From NCBI GenBank assembly GCA_964016885.1, contig OZ024740.1, positions 39,866,001 through 39,930,000 of the forward strand: a DNA stretch of 64,000 nt, in the 5' to 3' direction. A program made the position numbers and the translations under genes. Within the stretch, counting starts at the first letter, position 1; each line of letters starts with the position of its first letter. Below the pieces are notes generated by a model. That model was not told the origin of the DNA. It saw only the letters and a program-made list of their open reading frames with translations, and did not search any database. Shown here piece after piece: positions 22,482-35,640 of this stretch. This DNA is from Eledone cirrhosa (Eukaryota).

Positions 22482-22899
22482 CGTAATCCTGGTATGTGTA
22501 TATGCATTTTTTCTTCTAACTTTAATTTTATACCTAATTGTGTATGGTTAACGATATATTTAATCGATTTACACGTGCTATTGAAATGGTGGGTAAATAT
22601 TCTATGGCTGTTGATAGCGAATAGATGGCTGTGGTTTATTTATCTATTATTTCTTCATAGGTGCTTTTTAATTTTAATCTTATAGCCTGGTTTAATTGGT
22701 TTTTTGTGTGGTTGATTATGCTAATTGGGAGAGGAAATGGAGTATATATCTTATCAAATGATTCTATGGACATAATTTATAGTATATATATATATAATAG
22801 TATATAATTTCTATACTTTTTCATTTATATATATATATATATATTTATATATATCTGTGTGTCTATGTAGCAAAACTACTGTCAAGCAAACAGCATAGA

Positions 22900-25550
22900 T
22901 ACAAGCTTTACTGAATACAAAATGAAGATGGGGTAGGAGGTGTAGGCATCGTACTAGCTGAGAAATGGATAGATAAAGTGATAGAAGTAGTTAGAGTAAA
23001 CAACAGAAACATCAAGCTTAGATTAACTGTAGGAATTAGAATGAGGATAATTACATCTACCAATGCCCCACAGGCAGGACTGAGTAAAGAACAAAAAGAC
23101 AGGTTCTATAAGAACTTTTACAGACATAGTATAAAAGTGACCTCATCATCCTCGCAGGTGACTCCAGTGGACATGTAGGGCAGTCAGTACCAGGATGGAT
23201 TTAGTGGAGTTCACAGCAGCTATGGTTATGGCTCAAGAAATAGAGAGGGTAGCTAAGAGAGAAGCTAGATGACAGATATACACAGCTCTGAGAGAAGTTG
23301 AACAAAGAAAGTTTACCAACATCCTGAGATGTGAGGATCAGAGATACGAAGTGTTCCGCATTGCAAGGCAGTGAATCAGTGTGAATCATGATGCTGTTGG
23401 GGAAAAGTGTATTAGAAATGACACCAGTGCATTTAGCACCACTGATGCTCAAAAGAAAGAGGTCTGGAAATATTACTATGAGAAATTGATGAATGTAGAG
23501 AATGAATGGGAAGAAGAGAAACTACCCCCAACTTACCCAACAGAGGGACCAGCTATTGAAGTTGACAGTTAAAGGGTTAAAAAAGCAATCAAAGAAATGA
23601 AAAATGGTAAAGCTATAGGACCATCAGAGATAGTTGCTGAGATGCTAAAAGCATTGGGAGTAGAAACCAAACTAGTAACCTACATAATCAACCAGGTAAT
23701 ACAGGACGATGCCATACACAATGACACTTTCTGCAGCTGCAACCTGGTGCAGTCTGCGACTAACCCAGGTTCTGCTGCACGTTGGGCTGAGGAGGCCAAA
23801 CTCCTCAAAAACCGGTCGCTCTCCGACAGGTTTGCGGTTGTACCCTTGGCAGTGGAGACTGCTGGTGTCCTCGGCCCTAGGGTTACCTCCCTACTCACCA
23901 CCATAGGAGCTGAGCTGGCCAGCTGCAGGTGTGAGCCCCGCAAGTTGGAGTGGCTTTTCCAGCGCGTCTCCCTTGCCATCCTCCGAGGAAACGCCTTCTC
24001 TATTCTGTCCGCCGGGGCTGTGGGGAGACAAGCTGATTATATTACGAATTCTGTTGAATAGTCTTAAATATTTCAATACTTTGAGAAGTGTTTCCTATGG
24101 TATGTATTGCTATATGAAAATAGACATGTTTGTAATCCTTTTTAGTTTTATTTAAATTTCACCAGTGAATGCATCTTTTAGCTTATTTCAGACTTGCTTT
24201 TCAATGAAATCATGTGAATTCTTCTACGGCTTCTATAAAGCATGTATGATAAGTTTCTCTTCGATAGAATCTACAGTACAATCATAAAGGAGCAACTATA
24301 GAGGAATAAAACTAATGGACCAAGTTATGAACGTGATTAAAAGAGTTATAGTGTAACTAATTAGAGAAAGAGTTAAATTATATGAGATGCAATTTGGTTT
24401 TATGCCTGGGAAAAGTACTACAGATACACTCTTTTTATTGATGCAACTACAAGAGAAGCCACTAAACATAGCTTTCTTTGATCTAGAAAAGTTGTTTGAC
24501 AGAGTACCTCAATCTATTGTCTGGTGGTCCTTAAGGAAATCAGGTGTAAAAGAATGGTTGGTGAGAGCAGTATAAGCCATGTATAGAAGAGCTGTCAGCA
24601 AAGTGAGTGTAGGAAGTAAATTTAGTGAGGAATTCAAGGTACAAGCAGGAGCTCATCAAGGTTAGGTTCTTAGCCTACTGTTATTCATTATAGTTCTCCA
24701 GGCTATAACAGACGAGCTTAAGACCAGATGCCCATAAGAACTTCTCTAGGCAAATGATCTGGTCTTTAAAACTGAATTTATTAAAGACCTAGAAAATTCG
24801 AATTTGTAATCAAAATGTCTGAGAGTAAACTTAGCCAAAACTAAAATATTAATAAGTAAGAGAGAAGATGGGTCCTTGATTCTATCAGAGAAGTGGCCCT
24901 GCTCAATATGTAGAAAGATAGTAGGCATAAACTCCATACGATGTACACAATAGATGTAGTGACATAACAGGTAGACTAACAGGAAGGGAAGACTTTGTAT
25001 GTAGAAGATGCACTGAGGGGCAGAGAACCAGTGATAAAAATCTATTCCAGTCACAGGAAGGACCCATAGAAGTGGTTGATAGCTTATTAACAGCAGAGGA
25101 GAGTGCTCTGAGAGCATAATAGCTAGAATAAGGATAGGATAGAAAAAGTCCAGAGCTACTCCCACTGTTGACCACAAAAGGATTCTCCCTATGTTCTAAA
25201 GAAAGACTGTATGACACCTGTATTCGAAGTGTAATGCTGCATGGTAGTGAAACATGGGCTGTGACTGCAGAGGACATGAATAGAGTGAAGTGAAATAAAG
25301 CAACCATGCTCCATTGGATGTACAATGTAAGTGTGAGACAAAGGCAGAGCTTGGACAAGTTGAGGGAAATGCTGGGTTTAAATGGGATCCAAGGTGGTGT
25401 GCAAGAGAGAAGACTGCATTGGTATGGACATGTGATGCGCATGGACAATGATTGTTGGGGTGAAGAATTGCCAGGAAATGCCAGTAGAAGTAGACCAAGA
25501 AATACATGGGCAGAGGTTGTGAGAGCTGACCTCAAATCACAGAAGAGATG
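22900..25550 (+). mobile_element. Old, decayed RTE LINE (APE to RT to C-terminus), interrupted at about 23723-24285
   Basis: Fragments GVGIVLAEKWIDKV, VGEKCIRND, GKAIGPSEIVAEML, QFGFMPGKSTTD and RRLHWYGHVMRM, with many stops and frameshifts. Confidence 0.85.
23723..24040 (+). mobile_element. CRE-clade-like non-LTR retrotransposon, C-terminal restriction-like endonuclease region
   Basis: DT…GSAA..AEEAK…VPLAVETAGVLGP…LFQRVSLAILRGNA. A GC-rich island inside the RTE remnant. Confidence 0.7.
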
Positions 25551-26180
25551 ACGAAGTGGTTGATAGCTTCCGGTACCTAGGTGATCAGATTAGCAGGAGG
25601 GGGGGGGGGGGGGGTTCCGAGGCCATAGTATCTAGAATAACGACGGATTGGAAGAAGTTTAGGGAGCTGCTTCCTCTGTTGACTAAGAAGGGTTTCTCCC
25701 TGCGTACGAAAGGACGGTTATATGATGCCTGTGTGAGATGCGCGATGCTGCATGGTAGTGAGACATGGGCAGCAACTGCAGAAGATATGCGACGGCTGGA
25801 GAGAAATGAAGCAAGTATGCTCCGTTGGATGTGCAATGTCAATGTACATGAACGACTAAGCATAGACAAGTTGGGAAAGAAACTGGGTATAAGAAGGATA
25901 AGTTGTGGTGTGCAGGAGAGAAGACTGAGATGGTATGAACGTGTGATGCGCCTGGAGGATGACCACTGGGTAAAGAAGTGCCCAGAAATCCCAGTAGAAG
26001 GAAGACGCAGTAGAGGTAGACCACGAAAAACATGGGCGGAGGTGGTGAGAGCAGACCTCAGCTCGCTGAAACTCACCGAGGAGATGACGAAGGACCGTGA
26101 CAAGTGGAGATATGTTATGCTTAATAGGACCCGTCCAACCCTTGCAAGTAGGGAAAAGCAACGTAAAATGATGATGATGA
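25551..26180 (+). mobile_element. 5'-truncated RTE LINE of a second subfamily (short 3' end)
   Basis: VDSFRYLGD…AMLHGSETW…GRPRKTW runs directly into CCCGTCCAACCCTTGCAAG…ACGTAAAA(TGA)n. Confidence 0.9.
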
Positions 26181-27377
26181 TATATATACACACACACACA
26201 TGTGCGTCTGTATGTGTATGTAAATATAATTTCTATGAGTTTATAGTAACAGTCAGAATATATGTTTGAGTGGAAAGAGAGAGAGGAGGAAGGAGAAGTT
26301 AATCAGGTGTAAAGAGAGTAAATAGGTCAGTAGAACAGGAAGAAAGAATAACAATGTTTACAGGAGAGGTAAGTAATACACTGATGTAAAGCATGTGTAT
26401 GGGGTACAGCTGGGTGTGAAGATGTTTAACTACATATCAACACAAATGGGGGGAAGATGCAACAGAAGGAAAAGAAGAGTTATTTGTTTATACCTATTGA
26501 AGAAGTTATGGCAAGTGTAAAGATAAGTTACTTTTACTTATGTTAGGTGTTGGTGTGACAATTCCAGGTCCCAAGAGATAGTCAATAGGGTGGCTTGTTG
26601 AATTGAAAAGGTGAGACAGGGATTTACAGATACTGTGGGATATGGGATGGGAGTTGTGACAATATAAAGGGTGAGATAGGGTTTAATAGGTACCATGGGG
26701 TGAATGCTGTGTGATACAGGGATTTACAGATACTATGGGATATGGGATGGGAGTTGTAACAATATAAAGGGTGAGATAGGGCTTAATAGGTACCATGGGT
26801 GAATGCTGCGGCCATATAAAGGGTGAGACAGAGATTTACAGATACCATAGGATAGGAGTTGTGACAATATAAAGGAGATGTTTGCAGAAGCAGTTTTGTA
26901 ACCACCATCCTGTCTCATATATATAATGTATTGCAAAATTTACATATACCACAAAAAATAAAGTAAATGGAGTAGAGCTTAAGTTTACATATAACTCAGT
27001 AAATAAAGTAAGCAGAATTAAAGCTTAAGTTTCAAGTGACTTGATACTGCAATTGATATTGGCTGTGGTAATGGAAAGGAAACCAGTGATAGGTGTTGTA
27101 TATACAAAAAGACAATCTGAAGGTACTTGGTATAAGGTATTGGGGTGGGGACACAAATTGTTTTATGAGGAGAAGAGGTGGTGTGAGGAAAAAACAAAAT
27201 CCGAGGTTGCTTGGCAGCTCAGACAGAGAAAAACAAACATCAAAAACAAACAACAAAAAAGTAAAACTAAAACAAACAAAGACAACAGCAACAACACAAC
27301 ACAGAAGTAAACATGACAAAATGAAGCAGAAATACAGAAAAAAAGGTTGTAAGATTGTTTACATTTTCAGAGTGGAA

Positions 27378-27940
27378 TTTCACTATAACTATAACTACTC
27401 TATATTCCACTATAACTACTCTATATTCCACTATAACTACTCTTTATTACACTATAACTACTCTATATTCCACTATAACTACTCTTTATTCCACTATAAC
27501 TACTCTATATTCCACTATAACTACTCTATATTCCACTATAATTACTCTATATTACACTATAACTACTCTATATTGCACTATAACTACTCTATATTCCACT
27601 ATAACTACTCTATATTACACTATAACTCCTCTATATTACACTATAACTACTCTATATTCCACTATAACTACTCTATATTACACTATAACTACTCTATATT
27701 CCACTATAACTACTTTATATTCCATTATAACTACTCTATATTCCACTATAACTACTTTATATTCCACTAAAACTACTCTATATTACACTATAACTATTCT
27801 ATATTCCACTATAACTACTCTATATTCCACTATAACTACTCTATATTCCACTATAACTACTCTATATTCCACTATAACTACTCTATATTCCACTATAACT
27901 ACTCTATATTTCACTATAATTACTCTACATTCCACTATTC
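27378..27940. repeat. 21-bp minisatellite, CACTATAACTACTCTATATT(C/A)
   Basis: About 26 tandem copies. Confidence 0.95.
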
Positions 27941-28771
27941 TTCCCTGATCTCAACCTTTCCTGTTACCAACCTTCTCTGACGCCAACCTTTCCTGGTACT
28001 AACCCTCCATGATGTAAGAATTTATATATTAAAAAACATCATACATGACAAAAAAGTACATTATTAGAAATCCCATACATTATAAAATAGAATGGGGTGG
28101 GATCTCAATATGTAAACTAAACGACTAATACTGTTTTTTTTTAAATTCAAGAGAGACAACCTAGAAAAATTACTGATTTTCCACCTCCACCTTATTCCAA
28201 CTGCCCCTATTATTTGGGACCCGAGAGCACTATGATACCTCACAAACTAAAGAAGCTAGGATATCACACTTTATATCATCCATTTTCCATGTTGGTATGA
28301 GTTGGACAGTTTGTTACAATCCAAGACATGACATGATCAGACAACCACATCTTGTTCATACATTCCATATTATGGTTTCTATAGCTGGATATCCTTCCTA
28401 ATGCCAAACATTTTATAGAGTGGACTGGGTGTATTTTACTGTAGCACCAACACTAACACCTTAGAGTGTACAGGATGTATTTTATCATGGCACCAGCACT
28501 ACCTCTTTACAGAGTGTATAGGGTGTATTTTATCATGGCACCAGCACTACCACTTTGCAGAATGAAACTGAGTGTATTTTATTGTGGCGCCACCACTAGG
28601 GTTGTTGTTATGTCGTGAACAAGACCAATGGTAATGAGTATACTAAACAAATTATTTGTTTTTAGAGAGAAGAGGGTCTCAAACAAATTGCATTTTTTAC
28701 AAGTATTTCTTTTTATTTTATATATGCCTGGGATGAGGTGATAAAAGCCAACCTTACACAATTGAACCTAT

Positions 28772-29157
28772 CAAAGGCGATGACACATGACCGTGACCTC
28801 TGGCATCACGCAATAATACAGAAGACCCGACTTCCCACAGGTACAAGCCGAAGCTGAAGCATATAGACAATATGCCCCCACCCCCTCCTACTGCAAAGTG
28901 GTCGTGGAGGTGCCACGGCAAAAAAGGACCCAGCCCACACTGTCAAGTGGACGTGTAGGCGCCACGGAAAAAAGAACCCAGCACTCACTGTAAATGAGGT
29001 TGGTGTTAGGAAGGGCATCCAGCTGTAGAAATCAAGCCAGAATCAGTTCCCGTATGAGCAAGACAAGGTCGGCCGACCGGACACTGCCCACAACAGGACA
29101 AGCCGGCTAACTCATGCTAGCTTGGAAGAACGGACATAAAATGATGATGATGATGAT
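28772..29157 (+). mobile_element. SINE-like element with RTE-type tail
   Basis: Near-identical to 21262 with one extra internal module; (TGA)n tail. Confidence 0.85.
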
Positions 29158-29661
29158 ATGCTGAACAAGCTTCATGATGGTGGTAGTGGTGGTGATGATG
29201 GTGATTATGTTAACAAAAAGGAATAATACATTTATCAAAATCATCAGCAATGCAGAACTTTATGAAAGGATAATGATAAAAACTGGATTGCAAAGTCGGT
29301 TCATCACAACACACCTTCCATAATATATTAAACATAAAATATTGGTTTATCATAACATAGTTTCCATAATATATTAAACAGGTTAATATATAATAAGGAA
29401 TATAGATTTTGTTGTAAATTATTTACAGTAAGCTGCAATAATCCATAAAGCCTTTTATTGAAGGATATATCCATACAATAGAATTGAGAGTGTCATAATG
29501 AGAGATGTTTCAACAAGAAAGAGGGTGTTATAATGAGAAAGTGTCATACAGAAGGAGTCATGAACAAGAGAATTTCATAATGAGAGAGTGTTATAATGAG
29601 AGAGAGTATCATAATGAGAAAGTGTCATACAGAGAGTCATAATAATTAGAAATATACTTAC

Positions 29662-29808
29662 TTTACTCTTAGTTTCATTAATTTCTTTCACCTTCGTCTC
29701 AAGTTTAGCAACTTTTTCTTGCCAGACACTTTGATTCTCTTGTAATGACTTATTCATTGCACGTTCTTCTTGGAGATCTCTCATCACCTTTGATAACTGG
29801 CTGTGATA
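29662..29808 (-). CDS. BRAP: BRAP coiled-coil exon
   Basis: AG/GTAAGT, 147 nt, phase 0/0; YHSQLSKVMRDLQEERAMNKSLQENQSVWQEKVAKLETKVKEINETKSK. Confidence 0.9.
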
Positions 29809-30139
29809 CTGTTATAATAGACCATAAATCACATCTGATAACAGTGATACTATATAAATAAAATTTGAGATTGACAATGACAAAATTCTTGTGGATAATA
29901 ACAAATCTGAGGAGGAAACTCTATAAATATGAATCAATTATTGAGTATCTCAGTCAATCAAACTAGGACATCATTTATATTACTAAATGCAGGATCAGAA
30001 TATATGGGAAGAAAGATCTGAATCGACAAGATCTCAGACCTCATTCACTTACTGAGTGAGGTGGAACTCATCAGATCAAACCAAAGAAACAATGTTTCCA
30101 TTAGTCTTTCCAATTGCTGGTACTATCCACAGGTTGCAA

Positions 30140-30470
30140 CTCCTGACAGAAGGAGCAACGGGAAATAAAGTGTCTTACTCAAGAACACAACGCATCACCC
30201 AGTCCGGAAATTGAACTCACAACCTCACGACTGCAACTCCAACTCTCTCACCTCTAAACCACGCACCTTCACAATATATATTAATTTCTACTTTTGGCAC
30301 AAGGCCAGCAATTACCCCAGTGCATTACTGGTGCTTTATTTTATCAACCCTGTAAGGATGAAAGGCAAAGCTAATCTTGCTGGGATTTGAACTCAGAACG
30401 TAAAGGACCATAACTCTATGCTGCAAAGCATGGTGTCTGATGCTCTACCGATACTGCCAATCCACCGGCC
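30140..30470 (-). mobile_element. Two adjacent tRNA-derived SINEs
   Basis: GAAATAAAGTGTCTTACTCAAGAACAC..TTGAACTC and GGATGAAAGGCAAAG..GGGATTTGAACTCAG family motifs. Confidence 0.65.
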
Positions 30471-30889
30471 TTCACAATATATAATCATATGAACATCAAA
30501 CTAGAATTCTAACCAAAAATTATCTGTTGAGATATCTTAATTTTAAGAATATGATCTCTGCTAGAATAATAAAAATACTAAAATTAGCAGTAAATCATAC
30601 ACTACAATAAACATTGTACTATTTTCTTAAAATGGGAATATTATGTAGTTAGCAGTATTTCACAAAACTGCTCTTTAGGAAGTATAACCAACTGTAAAAG
30701 TTTCTTTCCCAGTAATTCTTACAAATACATAAATTTATAGAAAGATAAGAAAACCAAATAAACTGTTTTAACCCTTTTGTTACCAAATTTCTAATGAAAG
30801 ACACTGCCCATGATTTTAGCATCATTTTGAAAATAATCAAGAATTTGGAGTGTAATGTTTTGTAATGTTTTCGTTATTAAGCTAGTGAA

Positions 30890-31092
30890 GGGCATAGATT
30901 GGCAGTATCAGTAGAGCGTCGGACAATATGCTTTGTGGTATAGAGTTATGGTCCTTTACATTCTGAGTTCAATTCCCAAGGTTAGCTTTGTCTTTCAACC
31001 TTGCGAGGTCGATAAAATAAAGCACCAGTAATGCACTGAGGTCGATTTACTCGATTTTCCCCTCCCCACAAACTGCTGGCCATGTGCCTATG
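30890..31092 (+). mobile_element. tRNA-derived SINE
   Basis: TGGCAGTATCAGTAGAG, GAGTTCAATTCCC and GGTCGATAAAATAAAGCACCAG. Confidence 0.7.
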
Positions 31093-31296
31093 GTGTTTGG
31101 AATATAGATTAACAAAAACGCTTCCATAAAATTATGATGGAAGGGTTTGAAACAAATATAAACACCTTAAAATACACAGCTTTGTATCATAAAACCAGGA
31201 CATTTTCAGTCAGGTTTATATAAATATGGTTAAAAGAATGCTGCAATTTTTGTTCTTTTCACAAACAATAAAAACAAATTCTTTGTTGTAAAATAC

Positions 31297-31410
31297 CTGA
31301 GTACATTTCTTTTCAGTTTGATTTTTTTGTCGATTAACACGTTCTAAAGCTTCTTCCATGCGATTATGTTCATCAACCATCTGTTTGTGTCTACTTTCTC
31401 CAGCTTTCAC
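31297..31410 (-). CDS. BRAP: BRAP coiled-coil exon
   Basis: AG/GT, 114 nt, phase 0/0; VKAGESRHKQMVDEHNRMEEALERVNRQKNQTEKKCTQ (compare ERKCTQ in vertebrate BRAP). Confidence 0.88.
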
Positions 31411-31740
31411 CTATAATATTAATAATACATTTCATATTATTTTAACATGTCTTCTTAAGCAACAATATAGCATATTTTGTATAATATATTACACTGTACA
31501 ACTTGTACAGTGTTAACTGACTAAAATATACCAAGACAAATGTAATATATTACAATGTAATATACAATGTAATATACAGTGTTAACTAAGATATACCAAG
31601 ACAACCATAATATATCCTTGCCAATCATCTGGAAGGTCTAACATTTGTAGCTATTTTGAGTATTTTAAGTGTGCAATGTTTATGACTGAAGAGGTTGATC
31701 TTGAAAATGCTATTAAGATCTGAAGAATAGTTATAGCAAC

Positions 31741-32107
31741 TACTCTCAGGTCTTGAATAATGCCCCCACCCCCAACCCCCATTCATTTTTCAGAACCCCC
31801 TACACACACACACTTTTCAAATTTTGCTACTCTATCTCCAGCAAAATTTTATTGTAAGAGATTCATATTGATACAGCAGCTGGAGAATCTAATAATAATT
31901 TCATTTGACATTAAAAAACATTATATATGACTAAAAAAGAACATTACAAAAAATCCCATATTTACGAACATACACTATGCAATTACTGATCCCCCCATCC
32001 ATTTATTCCAAACTCCCCCACTTATAAGAATTTAAGCAAATATCCACCCACCCCACCCACCCCACACTTATTCAAACCCTCTTCCTATTATTTGAGACCC
32101 AAGAGTA
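31741..32107. mobile_element. TA-flanked MITE
   Basis: Imperfect TIRs TACTCTCAGGTCTTGAATAAT / ATTATTTGAGACCCAAGAGTA. A related right half lies at about 28030-28230. Confidence 0.6.
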
Positions 32108-32274
32108 GATGAAAGCAGGGAGATCTATGATGACAAAGAAGAAACTTCGTGGAAGAGAGGTGGTTATAGACATCATCCCAGTACAATTAAGATAGGGAAT
32201 TGAATGGAAACTAGAAATGAAGGAATGAATAATTAATTTATAGATAAAAACTTAGGAGGAAAAAAAAACATGTA

Positions 32275-32416
32275 CCGTATTTCCCAGCGCCGAAGACGCT
32301 TCATCCTTGAGGATGCACCCTAATTTTGACAACCAAAAATTTGAAAAAAAATAATAAACAACCTTCGGCCTCCAGGAAGCATGGTAGATTTTTGAGACTT
32401 ATTTTAAGAAATACGG
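32275..32416. mobile_element. Tc2/pogo-like MITE
   Basis: TA-CCGTATTTC…GAAATACGG-TA (9-bp TIR, TA TSD). Confidence 0.6.
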
Positions 32417-32526
32417 TATCTATATATAGATTAAGGAAAAAAAAAAAAAAAATAAATTATTACCAAACACTATCTGATTATAAGGTAATATTATTTTCAA
32501 ATTTCAAACCAAAATGAAATAGTTAC

Positions 32527-32616
32527 CTGTAGAAGTGCATCCTGCTCAACTCTTGCAATTTTTTCTTCAAAATATAATCTCTGTGATTCTAACTGACTTG
32601 TTAATAAATATGTGTA
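32527..32616 (-). CDS. BRAP: BRAP exon
   Basis: AG/GT, 90 nt; YTYLLTSQLESQRLYFEEKIARVEQDALLQ (conserved YLLTSQLESQR). Confidence 0.95.
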
Positions 32617-32741
32617 CTGAAATTTAAAATAAAATATATTTCTTACATGGACACACATGATCGCACACATGGTCAATGATACATACAGTCACATAATCAT
32701 AAATGCATGTGAAATGATACATGTAGACACATGATCATATG

Positions 32742-32939
32742 TAAGGGTCAGCTGAAAAATTGATAGGTTGATTATAAAGGAGTGATGCTAGTGCTGTGAA
32801 ATCTTGTATGCATTAATTTCAACTCTTCTTATTAATAACTGCATTGTTTCTTTCCAGGGACTATGTTGAAAAATAAACCTCATTTGGTCATTCTATGAGA
32901 GTATCTTGGTCAGCCTATGAACTTTTCAGCCAACCCTCG
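32742..32939. mobile_element. Mariner-type MITE
   Basis: ~30-bp imperfect TIRs (AGGGTCAGCTGAAAAATTGATAGGTTGA / TCAGCCTATGAACTTTTCAGCCAACCCTCG-TA). Confidence 0.65.
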
Positions 32940-32944
32940 TACAT

Positions 32945-33500
32945 GGCAAATGCAAGGAGGACTTATTTCAGAGCCAAACTTTGTAGACTTCCTTCTTTGC
33001 TTAGATGGCATCTTTGACCTCTTGACTGAACCAAGAGACCCTTCTGCCATCCAGTGTGACACCAAGCCTCTTTCGCCTGCATCATTTAACAGCTGAAGCA
33101 GAAACTGCTGAGCTGAACAATCTCCACTCAGTCTCAAGGTCCTCAAGTTTGCTCAGGGGGTTCTCTAAATTTGGATGCAATAGTATCTGCATACCTGTCC
33201 TGACTTCCTTATCTACCAATGCTTCCCACTTTATCCTGTAGGTCAACTTGGACCTGCCAGTTTTATGGGCTTCTTTGACTTTATGTTGTCTCGAGTCGCA
33301 GATAACTAGATGGTGATCAGTTGACAGCTCAGTCCCTCTCTTAACACGAACATCCAGCACAGAATCAAAGAAATCAACGACAATAACAAAATCAATTATT
33401 GATCTCTGATTCCCCTTATACCATGTATATTTATTGATGTCTTTGTACTGGAAGGTGTTCATAACAGAGTCCATCGCTAGAACAGAAGTCTAATAAGTAG
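32945..33500 (-). mobile_element. Fragment of a different RTE-like LINE (APE endonuclease C-half and linker)
   Basis: NTF…YTWY…SIIDFVIV…DVRVKRGTELSTDHHLV. Confidence 0.8.
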
Positions 33501-33777
33501 GCATATTTGAATAATATATATATACATATATCCCGTATATTTATACTATATTTATACTGTATATTATTCTTTCAATATCAGCATTATATTAGCAGGTATA
33601 TATTATTCTTTCAATATCAACAACATAGCTCTTCTGGCAAATGTTCAACACTTTATATCAACCACTTTTATTTTTATTTTCACTTAAAAGATTATTTCAT
33701 TGATTCTTTCTGATAATTTTCAGTCATTTTAACATAAATAGCAAAACACATTAGAGGGATGAAAAAAGAAAACTTAC

Positions 33778-33955
33778 TTCTAAAGTAAGAGCATCTAATT
33801 TTTCATATACAGCATTTTCTCCTTCATCTACTTCAACAAGTTTGCCATCAGTTTTATTCTGTACCAGTCTATGTACGTAATTATCACCAGCATAGTCCCA
33901 GACTTTGTTGTTACCTAATTGCATGGCATAGGTATGTTGTGTTTCTTGGAAATGT
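33778..33955 (-). CDS. BRAP: BRAP ZnF-UBP exon
   Basis: AG/GTAAGT, 178 nt, phase 2/0; [59 protein letters not shown]. Confidence 0.97.
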
Positions 33956-34397
33956 CTGAGAAGAAATGAAATATAAAGAAATGTTAACAACTGCTACAAC
34001 TTAATAATTCTTTCTAAGATTGTCACAATGCCAGCAATTTGGTACACTATTTTATTGACCCTGTTACGATGAAAAGCTAAGTTAACCTTAGCAGGATTTG
34101 AACTGAGAACTTAGAGTTGTAACTAAATACCACAAAGCATTTTATCTGATGCTCTACTCATACTACCAATCTACAACCTTGCTACACCTAAATAATAATT
34201 ATCTTCTTCATATATACAGTTTTATTAAATATATCCATTGATAGGCTTAATTCAACTTCACTGGGATGTAAACTTACAAATATAAAACAATAACCTTAAT
34301 ATTTCAAAAGTAACTAATAAGCTCTCTATCAACTTACATAACTTAATATTTCAACTTAATTATGGTTAGAAATAATTTAATTAAAAAAATTATGTTA

Positions 34398-34745
34398 CAT
34401 CATTATCATCTTCATTTACTGTCTGTTTTCCCTGCTAGCAAGAGTTGAACAGGTTTTCACAGACTGCGAGAGGCCTGTCTATTTGCTTTTAAACCTCTAT
34501 CTACCCAATCATTCCAACTCTACATTACTTTCTGTCGTGCTGGGACCTTGCTCCAGCTGTGGGCCTGGCCCGTGGCCTTCAGCAGATTGTCTTGTAGAAA
34601 TTTCCAATTTTCCTCAATGCTATAGTTGTCCAATTCCCCTTCATTATTGATGCATATGTCAAGCGGGATTTCTGAGTTTGTTGCCAGCTGAGGGTACTTT
34701 CAGCATCCATGTCCCTCTTCTCCAGATTGATTGTTGTCTCCAATA
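34398..34745 (-). mobile_element. Internally deleted RTE fragment
   Basis: Minus strand encodes EENWKFLQDNLLKA…DRGLKANRQA, joined almost directly to a CTTGCTAGCAGGGAAAACAGAC…ATGATG tail. Confidence 0.5.
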
Positions 34746-34764
34746 TATATAATATAAGAAATAA

Positions 34765-35120
34765 TTGTTTCTACTTTTGGCACAAGGACACAATTACCCA
34801 GTACATTACTGGTACTTTATTTTATCGACCCCGTAAGGATGAAAGGCAAAGTTTTACCTTGGCGGGATTTGAACTCAGAATGGCAAGGGTCGTAAGAAAT
34901 AATGGTTTCTGATTTAGGCAAAAGCCAACAATTTTGGGGGAGGGGGAAGTCGATTAAATTGACCCCCAGTACATTACTGGTACTTTATCTTATCGATCCT
35001 GTAAAGATGAAAGGCAAAGCCAACATTGGTGGGATTTGAACTCAGAATGCAAACAGATAAACTCTGTGCTGCAAGGCATGTTGCCTGACACTCTAACAAT
35101 ACTGCCAATCCACCATCCTA
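34765..35120 (-). mobile_element. Two tandem tRNA-derived SINEs
   Basis: Repeated GATGAAAGGCAAAG…GGGATTTGAACTCAG. Confidence 0.7.
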
Positions 35121-35248
35121 GTCAGAAGAAATACAACACTGTTTATCACTTGAATGAAACAAGAACAGTTTAATTACTCTTCTTACAACTAACTTTATAT
35201 TTTTATAAATCCTTTTGATGGATGAAAACACTTGATTCAAATTATAAA

Positions 35249-35640
35249 CATCATCATCATCATTTTACATCCACTGTTCCACACTTGCATTGGTTGAACG
35301 GGTCTTGTTCAGTAAAACATTTTTCCACTTGTCATGTTCTTTCATCTCCTCTTTGAGATCAGCTCTCACCACCTCTGCCAGGTCTTCCTTGGTCTTCCTC
35401 TACTAATGGGATTTCTTGGCACTTCTTCACCCAGCAGTCATCATCTATACATATCACATGTCTGTACCAGCACAGTCTCCTCTCTTGCATACTACATCTG
35501 ATCCCTATTATATCCAGTTTCTCTCACATTTCATTTATGCTTTGTCATTCCTGCACATTAACATTGCACATCCATAGAAGCATGCTAACTTCATTTCTCT
35601 CCTGCTTTCTCATATCCTCTGTGTTCACTACCCATTTCTC
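35249..35640 (-). mobile_element. Decayed RTE 3' fragment
   Basis: (CAT)n tail followed by the reverse complement of the RTE C-terminal coding sequence. Confidence 0.65.

Noticed and set aside
27093-27948. 225-aa and 197-aa ORFs (HYNYSIF / ITTLYST repeats)
   Set aside because: Artefact of a stop-free 21-bp repeat lying antisense within an intron.
29801-29802. Alternative CAG acceptor for the BRAP coiled-coil exon
   Set aside because: It would shift the reading frame; the acceptor at 29810-29809 keeps the phase.
31686-31720. CTGAAGA…GAAA possible hammerhead
   Set aside because: No convincing helix I or helix II pairing.
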